Below the pieces are notes generated by a model. That model made no database searches and was not told the DNA's origin. It saw only the letters and a program-made list of their open reading frames with translations. The position numbers were made by a program, and so were the translations under genes. A DNA stretch of 64,000 nt, from positions 10,072 through 74,071 of the forward strand of contig QPMI01000275.1 of NCBI GenBank assembly GCA_004431415.1. The letters run 5' to 3'. Origin of the DNA: Cyanophora paradoxa CCMP329. Taxonomy: Eukaryota > Plantae > Glaucophyta. Positions 23,326-35,486 of this stretch are shown piece after piece (the first letter of the stretch is position 1; every line of letters starts with the position of its first letter).

Positions 23326-25630
23326 ATGGCGCCAAACGCAGTAGCGCTCCCCACAATTGTCACAGTAGACAGCTTGGAGCCGCAGCTGAAGCCGAAAGGG
23401 ACGATGGCGCCCGAAGTCGACGCCGGCCTGTACTCCGGCGGCCTTCCAGCACCAGCCGCAGCTGCCGAGCCGAAGAAGTATAAGCTCCCGACCAATGCCG
23501 ATGGCAAGGCCACCACGTACAACCTCCTCTCCTTCGCCCAGCCACACAGTGAGCCCACGGCCGCGCTGCCCGTACGCGTCGGCGCCGCGATGCCGACGCT
23601 GACCGGGCCGCCCGCAGTGCGCGCGCTGTGGTGGGAGACGATCGCTTTCTTCGTGTGCTTCAACGCGTGGTTTGCCATCCCTGCGGTCAGCCCCTCGCCC
23701 CGGCCCGCACCTGCCGGCGCCCGCGCCGCGGCCGCTGACGGGCGGCGCCGCAGATGGCGACGACGATCCGCAAGGACATGGGCTTCACGCCGGCGCAGAT
23801 GGCCGACGCCAACTCGATCGGCGTCGCCGGGACCATCCTGTCCCGCATCGTGATGGGCGTCGTCTGCGACAAGGCGAGCCGCCGCCCGCCCCGCCCCGCC
23901 CCGCCCCGCCCCGCCTCGGCGGGCCTGACCGGCGCTGCAGTTCGGGCCGCGCTACGGGCAGGGCTTCGTTCTCTTCTTCGGCGGCATTCCCGTCGCGCTC
24001 GCCGGCCTCGCCACGTCGTACAGCGGCTACGTCGCCGTCCGCTGGTTCATCTCCTTCGTGCGCCCCCCGCGCCCGCCGCCCGCCGCCCTCCGAGGCTCAC
24101 GCTTGCTGCCCGCAGATCGGCGCCGCCTTCGTGCCGACGCAGTACCACAGTGCGCCGGGCGCCGCGCCGCGCTGCCGGCGGCCGCAGCCGCGGGGCGCTG
24201 ACGCGGCGGCGCGCAGTGTCATTCATGTTCGCGAAGAACGTGGTGGGCGAGGTGAACGCGCTCTCGGCCGGCTGGGGCAACATGGGCGGCGGCACCACGC
24301 ACCTCCTCATGCCCGTCATCATGAACTCATTCTCCAACTACGGCTACACCCCGCACATGTGCGCCGCGCCCCGGCCGCACCGCGCTCGGCCCGGCCGACG
24401 CTCCGTGCGGCGCAGGCAGTGGCGCCTGACGATGATCATCCCCGGCGTGGTGGCGATCGTGACGGGCATCTGCGTGATCCTGTTCACGCGCGACCTGCCG
24501 GAGGGGAACTACCGCGAACTGCAGAAGAAGGGCCTTAAGCAGAAGGTCGACACGAAGGCGGCGGTCAAGATCGCGCTGTCGGACTACCGCACCTACATCT
24601 TCGCCCTCAACTACGCCGTCTGCTTCGGCATCGAACTCACCATCGACAGGTCAGGCGCCCGCGCCTCGCCCCGCCCGCCCTCCCGCCGCGCGGCGCTGAC
24701 GCCGGCGGGCGCGCAGCACGTTTCCCGAGTTCTACGCGGACCACTTCAAGTTCGACAAGGTGCAGGCGGGGGCGGCGGCGTCGGCGTTCGGCCTCATGAA
24801 CATCTTCTCGCGCTGGTCCGGCGGCAAGCTCTCCGACATCTGCGCCAAGCGCTGGGGCATGCGCGGCCGCCTCTGGCTCATGTGGCTTGGCATCGTCTTG
24901 GAGGGCGTCTTCCTCGTCATCTTCGCCCGGATGGAGAACGTCGTCGCCTCGTTCTTCTTCATGCTCATCTTCTCGTACTGGTGCCAGGTGCGGACCGCCC
25001 CCGCCCCCGCCCCTGCGCGGCGCTGTGGTCGCGGCGCGCCGACGCGCGGGGCGGCAGATGTCGTGCGGGACGACGTTCGGCTGCGTGCCGTACCTCAACC
25101 CCAAGGGCCTGGGCGCGGCGTCGGGCCTGATCGGGGCGGGGGGCAACGCCGGGGCCATCTTGACGCTGCAGCTCTTCAAGCCGCTGAGCTACATGGACGC
25201 GTACACGGTCCTCGGCTGCTTCGTCTTCATCGTCCCCTTCTCGCTCGCCTTCGTCAGCTACCCCGAGCTCGGCGGCGCCTCGATGTGGAACTCGGGCGGC
25301 TTCGTCCGCGGCCGCCCCGAGGTGCCCCACGCGCCCATCGACGCGTCGAGCGTCGCCGGGTCCTCGGTGCACATGAACGGCGAGTGGAGCATAGCCAAGG
25401 GCGACGTGTGGAGCACGCACTCGGGCGCCGCGTTTATGTCCTCGCCCGACGGCGTGGCCCTCAACCACCGCGCCGGGTTCCCCGCCGCCGGCGATTCGGT
25501 CCGCAAGGGAACCGTGTACCCCGCGGCGGCCGACGCGCCGGCCCACGGACAGCCGCCGGCCGCGCCCGTTGCGATGTCGGCGCCGGTCGCCGCCGCGCCC
25601 GCCGCGATGGCGGCGCCTTCGCTCCAATAG
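23326..25630 (+). CDS. NRT2: High-affinity nitrate transporter NRT2 (MFS, NNP family), copy 1, multi-exon
   Basis: [117 protein letters not shown]. Stop TAG at 25630. Confidence 0.96.
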
Positions 25631-26290
25631 GCCCTCGCTCCGGCTTCGGGGCCCGCCTTGTGTTAATTTTAAGCTTCCTTCGGGCTTGTATCATAATGTA
25701 GAGTACGTTTCTCGCTCCTCGCTTTGAATTTCCTTGTGTCACAGATCAGCCATGTATTATCAGTTATCATAGATAGCTATAGTTTCAGTTTGCAATTCTC
25801 ATTTAATGCTCTCTTTTCGGAATTCAGTCCTACGCCGCTCCGAGTCGGCGCCCTCCAATCCTCTGGGCTCTGCACATGCAGCTGCAAGTCCCGGGAGCCA
25901 TCTGTGCCTGAGCGCATTTCTGCACTCGCCTCTTTCAACATTAATGTATAAATATCTGGATAGCTAGCTATCGATGCAGGAGTCAGCCTGACAGGGAGTT
26001 GCCTGTACCTTAGCTCGATGTTCGTAGTTATGTAAGTCGGCCGGGCATTAGGGGCAGTCATCTCGCTTTTTCAGTGTCAGATTCGAATTCGAAGTACGTG
26101 TCCGGTCCCCATGAATGCATTATACCTCTTTGGCTCTGGGATTTCTCGGTCTTATGATCGCGATCAGCCCGCGGCGCCGGGGCGCTGCGGCAAGCTGGCA
26201 GGGCGCGCATATATACGCAGAACTAGTTCTAGCTTCGAATCGTGCACGTGAGGCTCGAGCTTTGAGGCTCGCCCCGGGATCCGCGGCTCC

Positions 26291-29200
26291 TCAGGACGGG
26301 GCCTCCAGAGGGGTCGCGGCCCCCGCGGGGGGCGGGTAGGACGGGTTGCCCTCCCAGGAGCCCTCCCCGTCCTCGCCGCCGCCGGCCCCGGAGGGGTACG
26401 ACGGGTTCGGCTCCCACTCCGGCGCCCCCGCCGGCCCATCGCGATCGCCGGCCTCGGACGGGGCGGGTGGCCCCTCCCGCGCCGCCGCCCCCGCCGCCTC
26501 CCCCGCCTCGCGATCGGCCGCCGCGGGGCGGCGGGCGCGGGCGGCGAGGGCGTTGGGGGCCCAGTGCTCCTCGTCCGCCCCGTCGCCGCCGGCCGCCGCG
26601 TCCAGGTCCTCCCGCTGCGCCGCCCCCGCTCGCGCCCGCCCCGCGCCCCGCCCCGGCCCCGCGCGCGCCCCCGGCCCGCGCACCAGCAGGCTCTCGTACT
26701 CGCGCCGCGCCCGCCGCGCCCGCCGCCGCCGCGCCGCCGCCACACACGCCACCGCCGCCACCGCCGCCGCCGCGCCCAGCACGCCGCCCGCCGCCGCCCC
26801 GCCGCCGCCGCCGCCGCCCCGTGCCGCCGACTCCGACACGCGCACGTCCGCTGCAGGGGCCGCTCGCGAAACACACGAAGCGAAACGAGCGCGCGCGGAC
26901 CGTGCAGGGGCGGAGGGTCGCTGGCACCGCAGTCGGTGGAATTCGCGCCGGCGCCGCCCGCGCACGGGCCGCTCGCGTTCCGCGCCTCCGTCCCGTTCGC
27001 CGCGCCAGGCGACGGCGAGGGCCCCGCGGCCAGGGACGGCTCCGAGGACGGGGATGGTGACGGGGAAGGGGGCGGGGACGGGGAAGGGGTCTCGGCCGGG
27101 GGCGGGGACGGGGACGGGGACGGGGACGGGGTTGGGCTGGGCCCCGGGGCGGGCGGCGCGACGAGGGCGAGCGTGAGGGGCTCCGCGAGGGTCACGGCCG
27201 CCGCGAACCACCCGACGCGCCAGCCCGGCGCCAGCGCCCGCGCCGCCCGCCGCGCCGCCCCCGCCGCGTCCGGCTCGAAGCGGGTCCCGCCGGGCACGCA
27301 CACCCACGCCCCGCTGCTCGCGTTCCACCGCGCCACGCACGCCCCCGCCGCCTGCCGCCCACTCAGCGCCCGCGGCGCGGCGCGAGGGGCGGGGGCGTGG
27401 ACGGGGGCGGCACACGTCGGGCGGGGCGGCGGCGCGGAGGGCGACTTCGACGGGCCCGAGGGCCGGCGCGAGCAGCGCGCCCGTGAGGCCGCGCGGCGCG
27501 CCCTCCGCCGCCGCCAGCGCCAGCGCCACCGCCGCCGAGAGCCGCCCCGCCCCGCCTCCCGCCCCGGGCCCACCCGCAGCGCCCCGAACGGCGCCTCGTC
27601 CCCGGCCCCCATCGCCTCCGCCCCCGCCGCCTCCGCCTCTGCCGCCTCCGCCGCCTCTGCCGCCTCTGCCGCCGCAGCGCCGCCGAAGAGAGCGACGCGT
27701 GCGAGGGGCTCGCCGGAGGCGTCGGCCGCCGCCGCCTGCGCCGTCGCCCCGCGCCCGAACACGAGCGGCAGCTCCGCCGCCCGCACCGCCCGCAGCCACG
27801 GCGGCTGCGGCCGGCGTCAGCGGGGCGGGCCGCGCGGGGCCGGCGGCGGGGCGCGCACGCGGGGGCACGGGCGCCCGTCGGCCGCCTCGGAGCCGTCGAA
27901 GCAGAGGCGGCGGGCGGCGCAGGCGGCGGGGTCGGGGGCGCAGGACCAGTCGGGGCAGAGGAGGGCCGGCGCGCTGCACGGCGGCCCGTCCACGAAGACG
28001 CTGGGGCCGCGCGGCAGCCACGGCGCCCGCAGCGGCGCGCCCCGAGCCGCAGCTCCAGCGCGTACTGCCCCGCGGCGCCCGCACGAGCAGCTGCGTGCAG
28101 CCGCCGGCCGCCTCCGCCTCCGCCGGCACCGCCAGCGTCGCGCCGCCGGAGGCGTTGACGAGCGCGGCGGCGAGCGGCGGGGCGAGCGGCGGGGCGACGG
28201 CGTTGCCGAACGCGTCGGCCGCGCAGAAGCGGAGCGTCCTGCGGGGCCGCTGAGGGGCGCGGGGCGCGCGGGGCCGGCGGCGGGGCTTACGCGTTGGCGT
28301 CGGGGCCGGCGAGGAGGATGGGCAGCGCGGCCGGCCCGCCCCCCTCCAGCCGCGACCGCAGCGCGTCCACGGGGCCTGCCGCCCCCTCAGGCGGGCCGCC
28401 AGTGCGCTCGGGAGGGGCGGCGGGCCGTACCGGGGAGGACAGTAATCGAGAAAACTCCGAGGGGCGCTCCGGCGGCGCCGCCGACGGTCGCGTTGCAGGC
28501 GCCCGCCGCCGTCGCGTTGAGCGACAGCTGCGGGGGGCCGGTGTCAGGAGGGGTGGCCTCCTGGACGAACGGAGGGAAACGCGTACCCGGAAGAGGGGTA
28601 AGGACAGACGAGGCGAGTCCACAACGAAGATCCGCGTGAGGTTGATGAGGGACCGCTCGGGCGGGTGGCAGGAGACGTCCGCGTGCAGAGCCGGCGCCGC
28701 GTCGGCCGGGGGGAGCATTCCCTCGGGGGGTACAAGGGCGACCCAGAGCGCCTGGTCGGGGGCGCCGGCGGGGAAGGAGCAGTTGGGGGCCGCCGCGGGG
28801 AGGGCCCGCGGCGCGGGGCCGCCGCACGCGACCAGCAACAAGCGCGCGCCCTCCCAGCCGGGGGCGGGGTCGGGGAGGGGCCGGGGTGGGGGACGGGGAC
28901 GGGGGCGTGGAGGGCGCCGGGGAGGGGAGGGGGAGGGGCTGGCGGAGGGGAGGGGGACGGGGAGGGGAGGGGGTAGGGGCCACGGAGAACCGGAGGGGGC
29001 CCGGGGGCAGCTCGGCGCCGCCGTAGCTCAGCCGCAGCGCGAAGCCGCCCGCCGGCATCGCCGCCGCGACCCGCCGCGGGCGTCAGGGCGGCTGAGGGCG
29101 GGGTGCGGGGCGGGCGGGGGTACCTCGTAGAGGCCGGAAGGGAGGAGGCGCGGGGGGCCGGCGAGGGGCGGGGCGGGGCCGCCGCCGTCGGCCTCGAGGG

Positions 29201-32200
29201 CGGCGGCGAGGGCGGAGGGGTCGGGCGCCGCGGGGCCGCCCGCCGCGTCCCGCCAAACCACACCGAACGCGATGCGCTGCAGAGCGAACGGCGTCAGAAT
29301 GAAGAAATTGAGCCCGTTACGGCATCAAGTGCTAGTTTCACTTTGAACTACATCTTACGCGTAGAAGCCGACGCACCGCGGGGCCAGGGACGAACGACGC
29401 GGCCGCGAGGAAGGCGCCGGAGGCTTCCGCGCTGGGTCCCGCTGCGGCCGAGGGGGCGTGAGCGAGGGCCGGGGGGGAAGGCCGGAGGCCCCCGGGGGGG
29501 TACCGTGCGCGACGGCGAAGGTGGCCGAGGAGTTGGCGCTGATCGCCTCGTAAAGGCCCGGCGCGAGGGCGCCGAGGTGGGCCGAGTAGGCCCCGCGGGC
29601 CCCCGAGGGCGAGAGCGCCGCCCGCTGAGGGGCGGAGGGCGCCCCCGGCGCGCAGCTTTCGACGCAGCGGTACGTGAGGAACGGGGTTGCCCCGTCGACG
29701 GCGGGTACTGGAAAGCTCCAGGTCCAGCCGCTCCCCTTCAGAGCAAAGTGAGGGGAAGCGAAAAGGATGAAAATGGGGCGGCGAGCGGTGCAGCGCACCC
29801 GGTAGAGAAGGGAGCGGGCGACGGTGAGGGTGACGGGCGCGCCGGCGGCGACGGGGCCGGGCGGGCCGCGGACGACGTCGGTGGGGGGCTGGAAGTTCGG
29901 GGGGTACGGGAACCGCATCTGCTCGAAGTAGTGTCCTGCGGCGGGCTGAGAGAGAAGGCGGGGTAGCGTGATTGGAAGCGGGAGGCAGAGGGGACCTGCG
30001 GTTAGGACGGAGAAGTGGGTCGCGTCGACGGCGAAGGTGGTCCCCGCGCGGCTCGCGTCGGGCGTGCCGCGGACGGCGGCGGTGAGGCCGACGTACATCG
30101 CCCCGTCCGCCGGCGCTGCGGCCCGTCAGGCGCGGCGGGGCGGGGCGGGCGGGCGGGCGGGCGGGCGGGGCGGACAGCCGAGGGCGGCCTCCAGGTCGAT
30201 TGGGGCGGCGAGGAGGCGCCGCCCGTTGAAGTCCACCGTCAGCACGCCCCCCACCGCGTGGTACGTCACCACCACCTGCGCCCACGCGCCCGTCAGCCGC
30301 CAAGAATGAAACCCGAGCGAGGGCCGCGGGGTGGCTAACGGGCCTGGTTGCCGGCGAGCTGGTAGCGGCACGGGCTCCGGGCCTCGCTGTAGGTGCTCCA
30401 CAGAAAGTCGCCCATCGCCGAGCGCGTCACGTCGTACCGTCCCGCCTGCGCGCGGGGCGCTCGAGGCTAGGCGGGCGGGTCGGGCAGAGGCAGGAGCAAA
30501 GCGGCGCGCACCGCCGACACGAAAGGGGCGACGAGGGCGCCGTCGGCGACGCCGGCGTCGGGCCCCGGGTAGTCCCCCGCCGGCGTGTCCGGAAGGGCCG
30601 GCGCCCCCGAGGCGGCGGCCCGCAGCGGGAAGCCGGGGTACGGCGCGGGCTCCCACGAGGCGCGGGCGAGGGCGGGGCCCTCGGCGGGGTCCCCGTTAAG
30701 GTGCACGCTCGCGTGGTTGGCGTCGGGGTCGCCGGCCGCCGCGTCCCGCCCGCAGTCGAGCTCGACGGCCACGCTCCGCGGCACGCCGCCGTAGCCGACG
30801 CCGGCGCCGCCGGCCCCGAGCTGCGCCGCCGCCGCGTTGCCGTGCAGCACGAGGGCGACCCCCGCGCAGAGGTCCGCCGGCATCGGTGCGATCCGCCGCG
30901 TCCCGCTCGTCGGCTGCCGCGCGCTCGGCCGCGGCTACGCGGGGCGGGGCGGGGCGGGGCGGGCGGGCGCACCGAGGAGACCGTCTCGGCGATCATTGTG
31001 TAGTTGAAGACGACCTGTGCGCGCGCCGTCAGGCCGCCGGCGAGGCCCCGGCGGCCCGGGGCGGGCGGGCGGGCGGGCCTGGAAGCCGCGGCGGAAGGGG
31101 ACGCGCTGCGCGAAGAACATCGACCCGGCCGCCCCCGCCGCCGTCCCCGCCGTCCGGACAACCGCCACTCGAGCGAGCCCGGGATCCGACCCGGAGCCGT
31201 ACACGTCCAAGGCGCCTGAGGCGAGATTTCGTCCGAATTCGATCGCTTTTCGAACTGAGATTTGATCGCCGCGCACCGGTCTGACTCGCGATGGGCCCCG
31301 AAAAGGCGCCGGGGGTAGAGGAGAAAACGAGATCCTGGAGCTACCCAACGAGTTACAGGGGTACATGTCCAGGCCTCCGGGGGGGTTCATGCTCACGGCG
31401 GGGGCCAGGGAGGTGTTGGAGAAGGGGCGGAAGCAGCCCGTGGAGTAGCGGACGTTGGCGAGGGGGGGTACCGCGTGCGGCACGCACCAGAGGCGGCTGT
31501 GTAGCGTGCGCCGGCAGCCGCCGCGCTGGCCCGGGTTCCAGCCGCCCCGCAGGGGCACGGCCTCCTCGCTGCAGGCCGTGTCGAGCGCCGCCGTCGCCCG
31601 CACCCGCACCGTCTGCGCCCGGCGCACTTAGGGGCGCGGGGCGCGGGTCGCGGGGGGCGGGGGGCGGACGGCGTTGGGGCGAAGGGCCCGCCGGCGACGA
31701 GGAGGGCCTCGGCGGGGCGGCCCCCGCGGCCCACAGCGGCGGCGCGCCGGCGAGCGCCGCGCCCCGCAGGCCGAGCGTCACGCGGAAGGCCGCCCCGCCG
31801 GCGCCGCGTCCAGCAGCAGCGGCCCGCCCCCCGCCGCCCGCCCCGCCTGCCGCCGCTGTCAGGGCGGCGCCCCGGGGCGGGGCGGGGCGGGCGGGGGCGG
31901 CGGACGGGGCCGGCGAGGGCGACGGCGATGCCGCGCGGGTCGCTGGCGACGCGGACGGCGACGCCGGCGCCGGGCGCGCCGCGCGTGGCCGCCACTGCCG
32001 CCAGCAGCGCCCCCGCCTCGCCCGCCCCTCCAGCGGCCCCGCCGCCGACCCGAAGCCCCACGGCGGCGGCCCCGCCCCGGGCCCCGCCGCCATCACCACC
32101 GGCCACACGCCCCGCGCCCGCAACCCCTCCGCCCCCGCCCCCCTGCGCCCCGGCCCCCTCAGCCCCGCCCCGCCGCGCCCCGCCGCGCCCCGCGCCGCGC

Positions 32201-33061
32201 ACACGCCGCCGCGCCGGCCTGCCGCGGGGTCAGTGCGGCCAGGCGCCGCACGGGCGGGCGCCGGCGGGCCGCACCGTGCCGGGGAAGCCGTCGAATCGGA
32301 TGACGAGGAGGCGGCGGGCCCCCGCCCGCCACGGCGCGCGCGCCGCCTCGCTGCGCGGCGTCAGCGGCGGCCGGCAGACTGCTCCGCGCCGGGCGCCGGG
32401 CGGCACCTGAGGACGTCTGCGGGGTCGGCGCTGCACGGGGCCGCCGCCGGCGCAACGGCGGCGGCCGCCTGCGCCACCTCCGCCGCCCCGCCGAAGGGCC
32501 GCAGGCCGAACACCGTCTCCAGCGCCTCTCCGCTCTGCCGTCGCCGTCGGCGCCGCGCGCGGGGCGGGCGTGCGGGCGGCGGGCGCACGCAGGCGGCGAG
32601 GCCGAAGCGCAGGTCGCCGTGGGCGGCGGCGAGGGCGCTCCAGTCGGCCGCGAGGCGCCCCGCCAGCGCCCCGCCGCCCGCCCAGTCGCCCGCGTTCGAC
32701 CGGTCGCTCACGAAGTGCACATCGAGCGGCACCTGCGCGCCCCGCCCGCCCCGCCGCGTTAGCTGCGGCCTCGCCGCTGGCCGCCGGCCGCGGGGCGCGC
32801 ACGGTGGGGTCGAGGGGGAGGAATCGGAACTCGACGTCGAGGTCCGCCCCGAGCGCCACCGCCAGCTCCGCCTGCAGCGAGCCCGGGCTCACCTCTCCCG
32901 CGTCCGGCCCCACCACCGTGACCGAGCTCGCCGGCGGGCACGCTGCGGCCCCTTCGAGTCAGCCATCGAGGCCGCCCAAACCTGGGCAGCACCAAAGGCT
33001 CACCGCTCCGTGCAGGGCTGAGCAGCGCGAGGAGCGCGAGGAGCAGGCGGAGGCGCCCCAT
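26291..33061 (-). CDS. Full-length copy 2 of the type-I membrane VWA-like / L-lectin / filamin-Ig surface protein, multi-exon
   Basis: Signal peptide MGRLRLLLALLALLSPARS at 33061. VPLDVHFVSDRS...DLRFGLAA (degenerate VWA/integrin-beta I-like). Cys-rich linker, then lectin domain (AGSMFFAQRVPFRRGFQ...SVAVELDC). Filamin-like repeats, SP stalk, TM and tail as in copy 1. Stop at 26291. Confidence 0.8.
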
Positions 33062-33285
33062 GATAGCGGGGCGTGCGGGGCGCAACATCGCAACACAGGT
33101 ACGCGGCGCATGCGGGGGCCTCGCTGGCGGGGCCGGGATGCGCTCATTTCGAGGACAAAAAAGCGGTTCGCGCCGAACTTCGCGGCTGGCGGGGGGTACG
33201 GGTTGCCGGAACTGTGCCGAGCGGAGCCGAACCAGAGACCGACGATCCATCGACCCCAAGGACAACAAGCGTCCCGGCCGAGCCG

Positions 33286-34319
33286 ATGGATCGGGCGACC
33301 GATGAGGTGCGCCTTGCGGGCCCTTGCAGCGTATGCGATGTTTTGCCGCTGCCATACGCGCCGCGGGCGCCTGGGATCGCCGGCCGGCCGCGGGCGCGGA
33401 TCGCGCTAGGGGAGCTAGCCCGCGGAGTCGATGTTACCGGGTGTAGATCATCCATGGCTAACGGTTTTCGATGAAATCGCCGCCCGCACTGCCTCCGTGC
33501 CTGCGCCCGTGCGCTGATTCTCTCGCCGCGCTTACCAGGGACCCTGGCGCGAGAACACGAAGCTCAGGAAAGCAACGGCGCAGCTTGCAAAGCTCAATGT
33601 AGAGAACAATGTGCGCGGGCATACGCGTGCCGGGTTGAAGCGCCGCGCTAGATCGAGAGCGCCGCCGCCCGACCACAGAGGCATTGCAACTGACCTGAAG
33701 CTTGCCCGCCGCGCGCGCAGGACCTGCGGGAAGAGCTGGAGGTGGCCTTGTCGAAGCTGCGGCGCGCGAGGAGGCGGATCGCGCAGCTGGAGCGGAGCCT
33801 GCAGAGCAACGGGGCGGGCTCGCCCCCGCGCCCCGCCTCGAGCGAGCCCCGGGCGCTCTCCCTCGCCGGCTCGCGGCCCGTGGCCGCGCCCGATCCGTTC
33901 GACGAGGACGGCCGCTTCACGCTCCCGGGCTCGGGGCGGTACCATCGCTCCCGCTGCTGCCACCTGCGGGGGCGGCCGGAGGACCCGGATCGCTCGCCCT
34001 TCCGCCCCGACGAGATCCGCCGCTTCCCCTCCGAGCCGTTCGTCGAGAAGGCCGGGTACAGCCCCTGCCTCATCTGCCACGCGTACCGGTGCGCCCTCTT
34101 TCGGAGGAGGAGAAGAATTTGATCCGAGTCCGAACTCGAATTTGATCGCGGGGGCGCGCTCGCGCTCGCAGGCCGCGGGTGACCCCGGGCGGCCTATTCG
34201 TGTACTACTCCTGGGCGGACCCGTCGGCCCCGCAGGGGTACGGGAAGGAGGACGGGGACGTGTACGCCGCCCCGCGGAGCCTCCTGCACCCCGCCCCCGC
34301 CGCCATGCCCCTCTTCTAA
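33286..34319 (+). CDS. Small coiled-coil protein with an Ada-metal-binding-like Zn finger (multi-exon; 5' end uncertain)
   Basis: Spliced peptide KLRKATAQLAKLNVENNDLREELEVALSKLRRARRRIAQLE (coiled coil), then GRYHRSRCCHL...GYSPCLIC, matching the YHxxxC..L...GYxPCxxC pattern. GT-AG introns at ~33611-33720 and ~34089-34171. Confidence 0.6.
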
Positions 34320-35486
34320 ACCCCGGGGGGCCGCTTCTTCTACATGTAACCCATAGCTGTAGACCCACACCTCAGACTGCGCCCCCGCGGCCGGGCGCGG
34401 TAGCTGCCGGCGGTCCTCTTTTTCGGCCGCCGCGCGCGAGACACTGAGATTATAAGTAGAGCCGTGTGTGCAGCTGTAACCTTGCATGATATCACGATCA
34501 TTGATATCCGATGATCATAGTATCGATTATAATTAGCCTAGGTATCACTTATATTTCACGGCACTTGTTTATAGGGTACTTTTTTCTGCATTCAAACGTA
34601 TACTGTGTGCGCATGCAGCTCGAGTTTTGTGCATTCTAATTCTGCAGTGCGTTCAATTTTTGGGAGGCTATTTTCCTAGATATCGATCGGAGCTTTACTT
34701 CTCAGGCGCCGATCACTTATAAGTTGTGTAGTCTGATTTGCTTTTCAAAGTTTAACTTGTGTAGTCTGATTTGCGCATGCCTTCATGATCAGCTGCAGAT
34801 GACATAATATTGTTTCAAATTGCTAGATATATATATATATATATACCCAACGTCGACGCGTATGTGCGCTCCTGCGTAGAATTGCGAGTTTTTCATTCTT
34901 AAGCTTCTTCAAGGCTTCGGTAGCCGCCGGCCGCCGGGCCTCGTCGATATCATCTTAACCTTTAGGGGCGCGCGTTTGCTGGCTCTTTATTCATCTCAGG
35001 GTGTTTATTGTGAGCTGTTATAACTTGGCAAGGGTATATATCTATTCTAGATCTATTTTCTGGTTAACGTTTGTGTATTAAGCCGTTGCCCCCGGCCCCG
35101 GCCACCTGCAGCTGCAGAGCCGACGTTTTTGCTTAGGCTTTCAAGTTTCAGATGGAGCTAGTATCTGTACGCACGTGCGTGCACGTGCAGATTCAGATAG
35201 AGTACTACGGTAAACCTTAGGTCTTCTCGTGCGGAGCCGCCTCAATGTCAATGAATGAAATCACTTCATTGGCGCTTGCAATTGAGTCGCGGGAGGGGCG
35301 CCCGATGACCGTCGGACAGGAGGGGCGAGGGACAAGCGAGGGGAATTCGAAGGGCCAAATTTAAACAAGCTAGCGGAGGGAAGGGCCAAATTTTTAAACA
35401 AGGGGACGGGCCAATTTTCCGGAGGGAAGGGGTATCGGAAATGTTGGCGAGGGGTACCGCGGGGGAGGCCGGGGCTCGCCCCGCGG

